This document shows, one piece after another, positions 27,478-36,529 of a DNA stretch of 64,000 nucleotides; the first letter of the stretch is position 1; the number at the start of each line of letters is the position of its first letter. Source of the DNA: Marivivens sp. (GTDB taxonomy: Bacteria; Pseudomonadota; Alphaproteobacteria; Rhodobacterales; Rhodobacteraceae); contig JAURFB010000002.1 in assembly GCA_030827165.1 (NCBI GenBank), positions 1,514 through 65,513 of the forward strand, given 5' to 3'. The notes beneath the pieces are model-generated. The model saw only the letters and a list, made by a program, of their open reading frames with translations. It was not told the origin of the DNA and ran no database searches. The translations under genes and the position numbers were made by a program.

Positions 27478-29829
27478 CTAGTTCAGCAGGGTCGGCACGA
27501 TCGTGACAACCTGCGGCACCAGCGCCAAGAGCACGAGGCCCAGAACCTGGATCAGCACGAAAGGCACGATGCCACGATAGATATGGCCGGTCGTGACCTC
27601 CTTGGGCGCGACGCCTCTGAGATAGAACAGCGCGAAACCGAAGGGTGGCGTCAGGAACGAGGTTTGCAGGTTCACCGCAACCATGATCGTGACCCATTTT
27701 GGATCGAACGATCCGCCATAGATCACCGGTCCGACGATCGGGATCACGATGTAGATGATCTCGAGGAAATCGAGCACAAAGCCCAGAATGAAAAGCACCA
27801 GCATCACGATGAGGAAGGCGGTCCATTCGTTCGAGAAGCTGCGCAAGAAGTCCTGAATATAGTGCTCGCCGCCGAAGGAGATGAGCACGAGGTTCAGAAG
27901 CTGAGAGCCGATGAGGATGGTGAAGACCATCGACGTGACCTTCGCCGTCTCGCGCACGACGGGCGCCAAAACGCTCTCGCGGTAGAGATACCAGCAGCTC
28001 CAGAAGATGCCGAACATGGCGTAGAGGAACGCGCCAAAGGCCACCATGAAGGCGAAGATGTCTTCCAGCTTCAGGTCGGGCTGGCCGAGCCGCATATCGA
28101 AGTTCACGCCCACTAGCAGCATCACCATGATCGCCAGCGCGGTCCGGATGACGATCTGGGGCGACTTGCCGTTGTCGGCGAGCTTGCGCGCCGCGGCGAG
28201 AAGGATCGCGCCACCCGCACCCAGCGCCGCCGCCGGTGTCGGGTTGGTGATGCCGCCGAGGATTGAGCCCAGAACCGCGACGATCAGAACAAGCGGCGGG
28301 AACACGACCTTGATGATCTCGTTCTTGCCAAGTTCGGACGCCGCGGCCTTCAGGCCATGCACCGAGATCAGGAGCGGGATCGCGATCCAGAGGAAGGTGA
28401 TGCCAGGCGTCGTGGTCGGCGCAACAAAGAGCGCATCGGCCAGAAGCATCAAGCCAACGCCAATCGCCCCAATCACCAGCGGCCGGCTGGAGGCGCCAGG
28501 ATTGATGCCACGGCCGGACGTCAGGATCAGCGCCATCATCACCGCCATCGTGGCGATTCCGGAGCCGATCACCGGCGCGTTGGCGATCTTGTCGGCCAGC
28601 GCGGTCGCGCGCTCTTCATCGGACAGGGCGCGCGATTCCTGTACGCCACCGCCTGCCTCGATTGCCGCCTGCTCGGCCACCGCCTGATCCCAGGCTTCCT
28701 GACCATGGAGCGCGATCATCGAGGTCTGGCATTCAGCGCCGACATTTGTGCGCAGCGACGCCGAACGGGTCGCATCGGAATAGCTGTCAACGATGATCGA
28801 TTGGCTGCCGACGACCCCGCCTTGAATGAGCAGGAATGTCCCCACAAGGATCGCGGCGGGCGCCGCGAGAAACCAGGTCAGCTTTTCGTTGCGCGTGGTC
28901 GGGACGCCGAAATGCCCTTCCATCAGCACTGCAGGCGCCTTTGACGGGTTCAAAAGCGCATAGCCAAAGGCATAGCCGCCGTAGAGAAAGGCCAGAAGGA
29001 TGCCCGGCAGCAACGCCGCCTGAAACAGCGTTCCGACCGAAACCACGGCGGGTTCGCCCAGATAGGTCAGCGCATCGGTGCAGCCGGCAAGCGTCGCCCG
29101 GTCTTCCTGGGCGGCGGAATAGAGGTCGCCCGCAAGCGTGCCGAGAAGCACGATCACGATCGACGGCGGGATGATCTGGCCGAGCGTCCCAGAGGCGGCG
29201 ATGACGCCGGTCGCCAACTCGGGCGAATAGTTGTTCCGCAGCATGGTCGGCAGCGCGAGAAGGCCCATGGTCACGACGGTCGCGCCGACGATCCCGGTCG
29301 AAGCGGCGAGGAAGGCGCCGACGACAACGATCGACACCGCAAGGCCGCCCGGAAGCGGGCCAAAGACATTGGCCATCTTGGTCAGAAGCTCGTCGGCGAT
29401 GCGCGAGCGTTCAAGCGTGATGCCCATCATGACGAACATCACAACCGCAAGCAGCGTCTCGATCGACTGACCGGCGAGCACACGCTCGTTCATCCGGTTG
29501 ACGATGAAGCTCACGTTGCGGTCCATCGCCACTTCCCAGCCCTGCGGAAAGACGGGCACGGCCAGCCGTGGAAGGTCTGGATAGGTAAAGACCGATATCG
29601 CGTCGGGCCTAATGCCGCTGCCGGTCAGCGCGTGATAGGCCTCGGACGAGGTATCGATCGCCTGGTGGATCAAAAGGCCCGCACTATCGAGGCCGGCGAC
29701 GATCGCGAAAGAGATCATCGCAGCCCCGCCGATGGCGAAGGCCACCGGGAAGCCCGAGAGGATCGCCCCGAAGAGCGTCATGAACACGATGATTAGGCCG
29801 ATCTCGACGCCATCAAGTCCGAATAGCAT
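27478..29829 (-). CDS. TRAP transporter large permease (DctM-like), unusually long at 783 aa
   Basis: It is polytopic. DctM-like N- and C-terminal halves are separated by extra TM segments and a soluble insert of about 90 aa (ECQTSMIALHGQEAWDQAVAEQAAIEAGGG...). Confidence 0.85.
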   Translation of the reverse strand: MLFGLDGVEIGLIIVFMTLFGAILSGFPVAFAIGGAAMISFAIVAGLDSAGLLIHQAIDTSSEAYHALTGSGIRPDAISVFTYPDLPRLAVPVFPQGWEVAMDRNVSFIVNRMNERVLAGQSIETLLAVVMFVMMGITLERSRIADELLTKMANVFGPLPGGLAVSIVVVGAFLAASTGIVGATVVTMGLLALPTMLRNNYSPELATGVIAASGTLGQIIPPSIVIVLLGTLAGDLYSAAQEDRATLAGCTDALTYLGEPAVVSVGTLFQAALLPGILLAFLYGGYAFGYALLNPSKAPAVLMEGHFGVPTTRNEKLTWFLAAPAAILVGTFLLIQGGVVGSQSIIVDSYSDATRSASLRTNVGAECQTSMIALHGQEAWDQAVAEQAAIEAGGGVQESRALSDEERATALADKIANAPVIGSGIATMAVMMALILTSGRGINPGASSRPLVIGAIGVGLMLLADALFVAPTTTPGITFLWIAIPLLISVHGLKAAASELGKNEIIKVVFPPLVLIVAVLGSILGGITNPTPAAALGAGGAILLAAARKLADNGKSPQIVIRTALAIMVMLLVGVNFDMRLGQPDLKLEDIFAFMVAFGAFLYAMFGIFWSCWYLYRESVLAPVVRETAKVTSMVFTILIGSQLLNLVLISFGGEHYIQDFLRSFSNEWTAFLIVMLVLFILGFVLDFLEIIYIVIPIVGPVIYGGSFDPKWVTIMVAVNLQTSFLTPPFGFALFYLRGVAPKEVTTGHIYRGIVPFVLIQVLGLVLLALVPQVVTIVPTLLN

Positions 29830-29844
29830 GGGTCTGGTCCTCGA

Positions 29845-30780
29845 TTAGTGGATTTCGGCCACGAGTTCCGCTTGCGCGTCACCCAGCACATCTTTGTCGT
29901 GATAACGCCCGTCACTCGCCTCGCCTTCCTTCCGCTCAAGGAAGGAGCGGTAGAAGAAAGCCACGGCGTGAATGATGACGGTTCCGGTATAGGCCAGAAG
30001 CAGCATCTTGAAGAGGAAGTAGGCGTTGAACCCGTTGGGGCTGAAGCCGATGGTCTCGACGTTCCAGCGCAGCGCGCGGGCTTTCATCACAAGCTGATCA
30101 AGCGAGTTCGAGGCCGATGGGTTGGGCACGATGAGGTGCCGCCACATGAAGAACCAGCCATATAGCCAGACGATGAAAGCCGCCGGCAGCATGAAGAAAA
30201 TCGAGCCGAACATGTCGATTGCCTTCTTGGTGCGGTAGCTGACGCCCGAATAGATCAGGTCGACGCGCACATGGCCGCCCTGCACGAAGGTGTAGGTGGC
30301 GCAAAGGGCAACTATGATGGCGTTGTAGAACTTGAGGCTTTCGGACCACCAGCTCACATCGAAGGCAAAGCTGAAGCCGAAGCCGAAGGAAATCTGGCTG
30401 ACCGCGAAGACGCGCTGCAAGAAGATGATCAGGATCTGAAGGATCACCATGGCCAGGCCCGCCCAGGCGGCGGTTCTGCCAATCCGGTTGGCAAAGGCCT
30501 CGAGGCCCCGGACGATGCTCCACAGAAGCGGGCGATAGAACATCCCCGCGATGGTCAACACGAGGAAGAGGTCGATGAAAACGAAAAGGAATTCCCGTGA
30601 CGCGCCGAAGTAGATGAATCGCATCAAGGATTCCTTGTCCTCGACGGTGTTTTCCCAACTCAGCCAATCCAGCCACGAACGCGCATGCGTCAGCGCATAG
30701 ACCAGATTATAGAATCCCTCGATCAGGTGCGCGGCGATCCATCCAACCGGATTGCCCCCCCATGCCTCGACCAGCCCCAT
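29845..30780 (-). CDS. TRAP transporter small permease (DctQ-like), long form
   Basis: This membrane protein lies between the DctP- and DctM-like genes, 15 nt upstream of the large permease. Its exact start is uncertain. Confidence 0.7.
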   Translation of the reverse strand: MGLVEAWGGNPVGWIAAHLIEGFYNLVYALTHARSWLDWLSWENTVEDKESLMRFIYFGASREFLFVFIDLFLVLTIAGMFYRPLLWSIVRGLEAFANRIGRTAAWAGLAMVILQILIIFLQRVFAVSQISFGFGFSFAFDVSWWSESLKFYNAIIVALCATYTFVQGGHVRVDLIYSGVSYRTKKAIDMFGSIFFMLPAAFIVWLYGWFFMWRHLIVPNPSASNSLDQLVMKARALRWNVETIGFSPNGFNAYFLFKMLLLAYTGTVIIHAVAFFYRSFLERKEGEASDGRYHDKDVLGDAQAELVAEIH

Positions 30781-30896
30781 GACTTATCTCCGCTAGATGT
30801 CCGTGCCTCTCCCGAAGACACGGAGCTGCGTCCGACGCAGCGATAGAAGTCGGGCCGGGAGTTTCCCGGCCCGACGAAGTTCGGGTCGCCCCGGAC

Positions 30897-31982
30897 CTAG
30901 CCGTTGTTGACGCGCGTCCGCTGACGGGTGAACACGTTGTCCGACAGATCGAGCCACTCGTGGGTTGCGGCCATCGCCGATTCCGCGCTGGCGCGGACAC
31001 GGGCAAAGAGCTCGTCGCCCATGAACTCGTCGAGCGCCTCTTTCGACGCCTTGCCGAAGGCATCCCAGATCTCGTCGGAGAACTCGAGAACCTTCACACC
31101 ACCTGCCTTGAGACGCTCGAGAGCGACGGCGTTGTTGGCGTTCGACTGAGCAAGCGACCAGCTGTGAACCTCGCCGGCGGCGATTTCGAAGATCTTCTGC
31201 TGCGACGGGGTCAGCGAGTCGAACACATCGCGGTTCATCGCGGTGGCAAGCGCCGAACCCGGCTCGTGGAAGCCCGAGGTGTAGTAGAACTTGCAGACTT
31301 CCTGGAAGCCCATCCGCTCGTCGGCGAAGGGACCGATCCACTCGGCACCGTCGATCGCACCCGACGACAGAGCCTGATAGATCTCGCCGCCGGGGATGTT
31401 CTGAACCGAGGCGCCGGTGCGGCCAAGAGCAAGACCGCCAAAGCCCGGCATACGGAACTTGAGACCCTGAAGGTCGGACGCCGAGTTGATCTCTTTGTTG
31501 AACCAACCGCCCGGCTGGTGGCCGGTGTTGCCAGCAAGGAACGACTTGAGGCCGAAGATCTGGCCCAGCTCGTCGTGCAGCTCTTTGCCGCCCTGGTGGT
31601 TATACCAACTCATCATCTCCGGGCCGGTCATGCCGAAGGGCACGGCGGTGAAGTAGGCGTAAGCCGGATGCTGGTTCATGAAGTAGTAGTCGGCCGAGTG
31701 ATACATATCAGCCTGGCCCGAGCTCACCGCGTCGAAGACTTCGAGCGCACCCACGAGCGAGCCTGCCGGCTTTTTCTCGACGGTCAGGGCGCCATCGGTC
31801 ATGGCAGTGACGAGGTCTGCAAGACGCTGAGCCGCGTCATCAAACACGGCGAAGCCATCGGGGACCGAAGTCACCATGGTAAGCGTGCGGTTGCCCTGCG
31901 CGATGGCCGGGGCAGCGAGAGTGGTTGCGGCCGCGGCGGTACCACCGAGAGCCGAGGTCTTAAGGAATGAACGACGATCCAC
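30897..31982 (-). CDS. TRAP transporter substrate-binding protein (DctP family) with Tat-type signal
   Basis: A GTG start gives MDRRSFLKTSALGGTAAAATTLAAPAIA, a twin-arginine signal. The rest has the DctP-type fold pattern. Confidence 0.85.
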   Translation of the reverse strand: MDRRSFLKTSALGGTAAAATTLAAPAIAQGNRTLTMVTSVPDGFAVFDDAAQRLADLVTAMTDGALTVEKKPAGSLVGALEVFDAVSSGQADMYHSADYYFMNQHPAYAYFTAVPFGMTGPEMMSWYNHQGGKELHDELGQIFGLKSFLAGNTGHQPGGWFNKEINSASDLQGLKFRMPGFGGLALGRTGASVQNIPGGEIYQALSSGAIDGAEWIGPFADERMGFQEVCKFYYTSGFHEPGSALATAMNRDVFDSLTPSQQKIFEIAAGEVHSWSLAQSNANNAVALERLKAGGVKVLEFSDEIWDAFGKASKEALDEFMGDELFARVRASAESAMAATHEWLDLSDNVFTRQRTRVNNG

Positions 31983-32477
31983 TGTTTTTCTCCCATAGAA
32001 TTTGTCCCCACCTTGCCGGTGGGCAGATCGTTTCTAGTGGGTAGAGCCTAATGTCCAAGTAACCTGCTTGAAAATAGGGAATTTCAGGTTGCGGCAGGTT
32101 TTCTGCGACGAAGCTGTGCATAGGGTCTGCCATCTCATCGGCGAGGACGGCAGCCAAGGGGCCGCTTTCATTGACAGCATCTCCGCGGCGTCGGCTTTTT
32201 TCAAATAATTTACAATCGGTTATCCCAAACACGACGTTGCGAGCAGGGAACTGCCCCAGCCAACAGGGTCCGATGCGGGCGCTGTGGTGCAGCATTTTTA
32301 TGCTGCAACTGCGTCAATTGGTCCGAAATCCAGACCAAAGGCTGCAAAAGCCAGGCCCGCCGACCCCGCCCGCGCCGATATTGACGCTCAATTTTCGAAA
32401 TCTCCGTTTTTTGACCAAACCGAGCAATATTATTTCGTAAAATCGCACCGAGGCGACATTTTCTCCGCCCGAGGCGG

Positions 32478-32506
32478 TTGACGCTGTTTGCTGCGCGTGC
32501 ATAAGT
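32478..32506 (+). promoter_or_regulatory. Sigma70-like promoter for ilvIH
   Basis: TTGACG (32478-32483) is followed by a 17-nt spacer and ATAAGT (32501-32506). Confidence 0.4.
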
Positions 32507-32602
32507 CGCTCCGTTGGAAAAGGATGCGGCGATGCAGGGCGTACTCGGTCTAGTAGGAAAATGGCGCATGGGCCGGTAGCGGATCTCGTGATCTCCCCCT
32601 GC

Positions 32603-32630
32603 GCCCCCGAACAAGACCGGGGGCTTTTTT
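32603..32630 (+). terminator. Terminator-like hairpin inside the ilvIH 5' leader (attenuator candidate)
   Basis: The sequence is GCCCCCG-AACAAGAC-CGGGGGC followed by TTTTTT. It ends 36 nt before the ilvI ATG. Confidence 0.5.
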
Positions 32631-32665
32631 GTATCAACGGCGCGAATGAATTGAAGGACGACAGA

Positions 32666-34417
32666 ATGACACGGCAGATGACCGGCGCAAAAATGGTGGT
32701 TCAGGCTCTGAAAGATCAGGGCGTGGACACGGTATTCGGTTATCCCGGAGGCGCCGTTCTGCCGATCTATGACGAGATATTCCAGCAAAACGACATTCAT
32801 CACGTGCTTGTGCGCCACGAACAGGCCGCCGTCCATGCCGCAGAGGGCTATGCCCGCTCGACCGGCAGGCCGGGCGTGGCGCTCGTAACCTCAGGCCCCG
32901 GCGCAACCAACGCCGTCACCGGGCTTACCGACGCGCTGATGGATTCGATCCCGATCGTCGTGCTGACCGGTCAGGTTCCAACCTTCATGATCGGCGCCGA
33001 CGCCTTTCAGGAGGCCGATACCGTCGGTATCACCCGGCCTTGCACCAAGCACAACTGGCTGGTGAAAGAGACCGACAAGCTCTCTTCGACCCTGCACGAA
33101 GCCTTCCATGTCGCCACCTCGGGTCGCCCCGGCCCGGTGTTGATCGACATTCCCAAGGATGTTCAGTTCGCCACCGGCACCTATACCGAGAAGAAACAAC
33201 TCAAGTCGCGCTATCAGCCCAAGGTGAAAGGCGATCTCGATGCCATCACTGATCTGGTGAAGGCAATGGAGAAGGCCAAGAGGCCGATCTTCTACACTGG
33301 CGGTGGCGTGATCAATTCCGGCGCGGCATCAAGCCAGCTTCTGCGCGAGATTGTGGATGCCACCGGCTTTCCGATCACCTCGACCCTGATGGGCCTTGGC
33401 GCCTATCCCGCCTCCGGCAAATCGTGGATCGGGATGCTGGGGATGCACGGGCTCTACGAGGCCAATATGGCCATGCATGATTGCGACCTGATGATCTGCA
33501 TCGGTGCCCGCTTCGACGACAGGATCACGGGTCGGGTCGATGCCTTCAGCCCGAAATCGAAGAAGGCCCATATCGATATCGACGCCTCTTCGATCAACAA
33601 GGTGATCCGCGTCGATATCCCGATCCTCGGCGATGTGGGCCATGTGCTTGAAGATATGCTCAAGATCTGGAAATCGCGCGGCCGCGTGACTGACCGCGAG
33701 GCAACGGCCAAATGGTGGAAGCAGATCGACGAGTGGAAGGCTGTCAAATGCCTGACCTACCGCAACTCGGACAAGGTCATCAAACCACAATATGCGCTTG
33801 AACGCCTTGAAGCGCTGACCAAAGGCAAGGATCGCTATATCTGCACCGAGGTCGGCCAGCACCAGATGTGGGCCGCGCAATACCTGTCGTTCGACGATCC
33901 CAACCGCTGGATGACCTCGGGTGGCCTTGGCACCATGGGCTATGGGTTCCCCGCTTCGATCGGGGTCCAGATGGCCTACCCTGACGCCCTTGTGATCAAC
34001 GTTGCGGGCGAGGCGTCGTGGTTGATGAACATGCAAGAGATGGGCACCGCGATCCAGTATCGCCTGCCGGTCAAGCAGTTCATCCTCAACAACGAGCGCC
34101 TCGGCATGGTCCGCCAGTGGCAGCAGCTTCTGCACGGCGAGCGCTATAGCCATTCATGGTCCGAGGCGCTTCCCGATTTCGTCAAGCTGGCCGAGGCCTT
34201 TGGCGGCAAGGGCATCCGCTGCGCGGATCCCAAGGACCTTGATGACGCGATCATGGAGATGCTGGCCTATGACGGCCCGGTGATCTTCGACTGCCTTGTG
34301 GAAAAGCACGAGAACTGCTTCCCGATGATCCCGAGCGGCAAGCCGCATAACGAGATGCTCTTGGGCGACGCCTCGACCGAAGGCGCGATCCAGGCCGGCG
34401 GCGCGGTGATGGTGTAA
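32666..34417 (+). CDS. ilvI: Acetolactate synthase large subunit
   Basis: Starting at MTRQMTGAKMVVQALKDQGVDTVFGYPGG gives 583 aa. The ThDP motif reads GGLGTMGYGFPASIG...NNERLGMV. Confidence 0.93.
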   Translation: MTRQMTGAKMVVQALKDQGVDTVFGYPGGAVLPIYDEIFQQNDIHHVLVRHEQAAVHAAEGYARSTGRPGVALVTSGPGATNAVTGLTDALMDSIPIVVLTGQVPTFMIGADAFQEADTVGITRPCTKHNWLVKETDKLSSTLHEAFHVATSGRPGPVLIDIPKDVQFATGTYTEKKQLKSRYQPKVKGDLDAITDLVKAMEKAKRPIFYTGGGVINSGAASSQLLREIVDATGFPITSTLMGLGAYPASGKSWIGMLGMHGLYEANMAMHDCDLMICIGARFDDRITGRVDAFSPKSKKAHIDIDASSINKVIRVDIPILGDVGHVLEDMLKIWKSRGRVTDREATAKWWKQIDEWKAVKCLTYRNSDKVIKPQYALERLEALTKGKDRYICTEVGQHQMWAAQYLSFDDPNRWMTSGGLGTMGYGFPASIGVQMAYPDALVINVAGEASWLMNMQEMGTAIQYRLPVKQFILNNERLGMVRQWQQLLHGERYSHSWSEALPDFVKLAEAFGGKGIRCADPKDLDDAIMEMLAYDGPVIFDCLVEKHENCFPMIPSGKPHNEMLLGDASTEGAIQAGGAVMV

Positions 34418-34439
34418 CGGCCCGATAACGAATGAACGG

Positions 34440-35012
34440 ATGAAGACAATGTCTGCACTGAAAATCAAGAAGGGCGCCTCCAGCCATTCCGCCTATGACC
34501 TGCGCTCGACCTTCGGCGACGAGATCGAACGGCATACGCTGGCGGTTATGGTGGAAAACGAGCCGGGCGTTCTGGCCCGCGTGATCGGCCTCTTCTCGGG
34601 GCGCGGTTACAATATCGAAAGCCTGACCGTGGCGGAGGTCGATCATGAAGGCCACCGCTCGCGTATCACCATCGTCACCTCCGGCACGCCGCAGGTCATC
34701 ACCCAGATCAAAGCCCAGCTTGGCCGGATCGTTTCGGTCAACGAAGTCCACGATCTCACCGTCGAAGGCCCCTCGGTCGAGCGCGAGCTTGGCCTTCTCA
34801 AGGTCGCCGGCAAGGGCGAAGCCCGTGTCGAGGCACTGCGGCTTGCCGATATCTTCCGCGCCAGCGTGGTCGATTCAACGCTTGAAAGCTTCGTGTTCGA
34901 GATCACCGGCACGCCGGAAAAGATCGACGCCTTCGCCGATCTGATGCGCCCGCTCGGCCTCATCGAGATCGCACGCACCGGCGTTGCCGCCCTCGCCCGA
35001 GGCGCCAACTGA
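34440..35012 (+). CDS. ilvH: Acetolactate synthase small (regulatory) subunit
   Basis: It has the ACT domain HTLAVMVENEPGVLARVIGLFSGRGYNIESLTV plus the IlvH-type C-terminal domain. Confidence 0.9.
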   Translation: MKTMSALKIKKGASSHSAYDLRSTFGDEIERHTLAVMVENEPGVLARVIGLFSGRGYNIESLTVAEVDHEGHRSRITIVTSGTPQVITQIKAQLGRIVSVNEVHDLTVEGPSVERELGLLKVAGKGEARVEALRLADIFRASVVDSTLESFVFEITGTPEKIDAFADLMRPLGLIEIARTGVAALARGAN

Positions 35013-35117
35013 GCCGGCCCATGTCGCGCCGGTGCGTATCAACGTCGCCGGTGCGCATTTTGTCCGAGGTCAAACTCTCCTAATCTGGCGCAGCACGCCA
35101 AGCTTGGGAGGTTTGAC

Positions 35118-36272
35118 ATGGCCAAAGACCAGAATTTCGACGATCTGTCGGCGGTCCGCCGTCCGGTAGAGACAGCCAACGGTCTGCCCAACGCCCATTA
35201 CATCGCCCCCGCGATGTGGGAGGAGGAAAAGCACGCTGTCCTCTTCGCAAGCTGGGCGGGCCTGGCCGTGGCGTCCGAGGTGCCTGAGCCGGGCGACGCC
35301 AAGCCGATCGAGTTTCTCGGCATACCCCTCCTCCTGATCCGCGGACGCGACGGCGTGGTGCGGGTTTTTGAAAACATCTGCCGCCACCGCGGCATGATCC
35401 TTGTGGCCGAGCCCAAGAAGATCGAAGGCGCGATCCGTTGCCCCTATCACAGCTGGTGCTATGGCACCGATGGCCGCCTTGTCTCGACCCCCCATGTCGG
35501 CGGGCCGGGCCACAACACCCACGAAGCCATCGTGCGCGAGAACCTCGGCCTCAACGAGGTCCGCAGCCATATCTGGTTTGACACGGTGTTCATCAATATC
35601 GACGGCAAAGCCGACCCCTTTGAGGTGGTCCATGCCGGTCTGCTTGACCGCTGGAAAGAGTTTGACCACCCGCTTGTTCATGGCGGCCCTGACAGCACCT
35701 TTACCCTTGAGGTCAAGACCAACTGGAAGCTCGCGGTCGAGAACTATTGCGAAAGCTATCACCTGCCGTGGGTCCATCCCGGCCTCAACAGCTATTCCCG
35801 CCTCGAAGATCACTACAACATCACCGAACTTGGCCTCTATTCCGGGCAAGGATCGACCCTCTATCGCCAGATCGAGGGCGATGACGGCGCGGTATTCCCC
35901 GATTTCGGGGGGCTGTCGTCCTTCTGGAACGAGGGCGCGGAATATATCGCCGTTTATCCCAACGTCCTCTTGGGCGCTCAGCGGGATCACTGTTTCGCAA
36001 TCGTCCTTCAGCCCAACACGATCGACAGCACCTCCGAGCACATCCACCTCTACTATTCGACCACAGACACAGACGAGGCCCTCCGCGCCAAGAACTCGGC
36101 CCAATGGAAGGTGGTGTTCCAGGAGGATGTTTTCGTGGTCGAAGGGATGCAGAAGGGCCGCCACGCCCCGAATTTCGACGGCGGCCGCTTCAGCCCCGCG
36201 ATGGACAGCCCGACCCATTGCTTCCACGAATGGGTGGCCCGCAAGATCGAGGCCCACCGCGAGGACAAATGA
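35118..36272 (+). CDS. Rieske [2Fe-2S] ring-hydroxylating oxygenase alpha-subunit-like protein
   Basis: It has the Rieske motif CRHRG...CPYHSWCY and a catalytic-domain pattern with NYCESYHLPWVHP. Confidence 0.8.
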   Translation: MAKDQNFDDLSAVRRPVETANGLPNAHYIAPAMWEEEKHAVLFASWAGLAVASEVPEPGDAKPIEFLGIPLLLIRGRDGVVRVFENICRHRGMILVAEPKKIEGAIRCPYHSWCYGTDGRLVSTPHVGGPGHNTHEAIVRENLGLNEVRSHIWFDTVFINIDGKADPFEVVHAGLLDRWKEFDHPLVHGGPDSTFTLEVKTNWKLAVENYCESYHLPWVHPGLNSYSRLEDHYNITELGLYSGQGSTLYRQIEGDDGAVFPDFGGLSSFWNEGAEYIAVYPNVLLGAQRDHCFAIVLQPNTIDSTSEHIHLYYSTTDTDEALRAKNSAQWKVVFQEDVFVVEGMQKGRHAPNFDGGRFSPAMDSPTHCFHEWVARKIEAHREDK

Positions 36273-36529
36273 GCGATCTGGACGGCAAACTCCTCGCCGC
36301 TCATGCGGCCGGGGATCAATGGGCTCTGGTCGGCCTCTATGCCGAGGCGGCGGATCACGCCGACGGCGTTGACGCCGCCTGCTTTTACCTCACCCAAGCC
36401 TATATCTACGGCCTCGAACTGGCGCATCCCGATGTCCCTGCCCTTCACGCGCGGCTTGATGCCGAAGGTCGCGTCTGGGGCTTGCACGCTGGCCCCGCCA
36501 AGGCCAGTGTCGCCTCAAAAGGAGACATC
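36269..36529 (+). CDS. Small conserved-looking ORF (87 codons) with no stop of its own; in frame with the downstream nucleoside hydrolase
   Basis: The ATG overlaps the oxygenase stop (ATGA). It reads MSDLDGKLLAAHAAGDQWALVGLYAEAADHADGVDAACFYLTQAYIYGLELAHP and then runs straight into the MAPRK start at 36530. Confidence 0.3.

Noticed and set aside
32210-32836. A 208-aa minus-strand ORF, plus the small ORFs 31960..32295, 32171..32440 and 32314..32637, in the dctP-ilvI spacer.
   Set aside because: I saw no family resemblance or RBS context. They overlap the ilvI start and leader, and the composition of the region looks non-coding.
35027-35055. A possible terminator after ilvH (CGCCGGTGCG occurs twice).
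   Set aside because: The two copies form a direct repeat, not an inverted one. I found no stable stem followed by a T-run.
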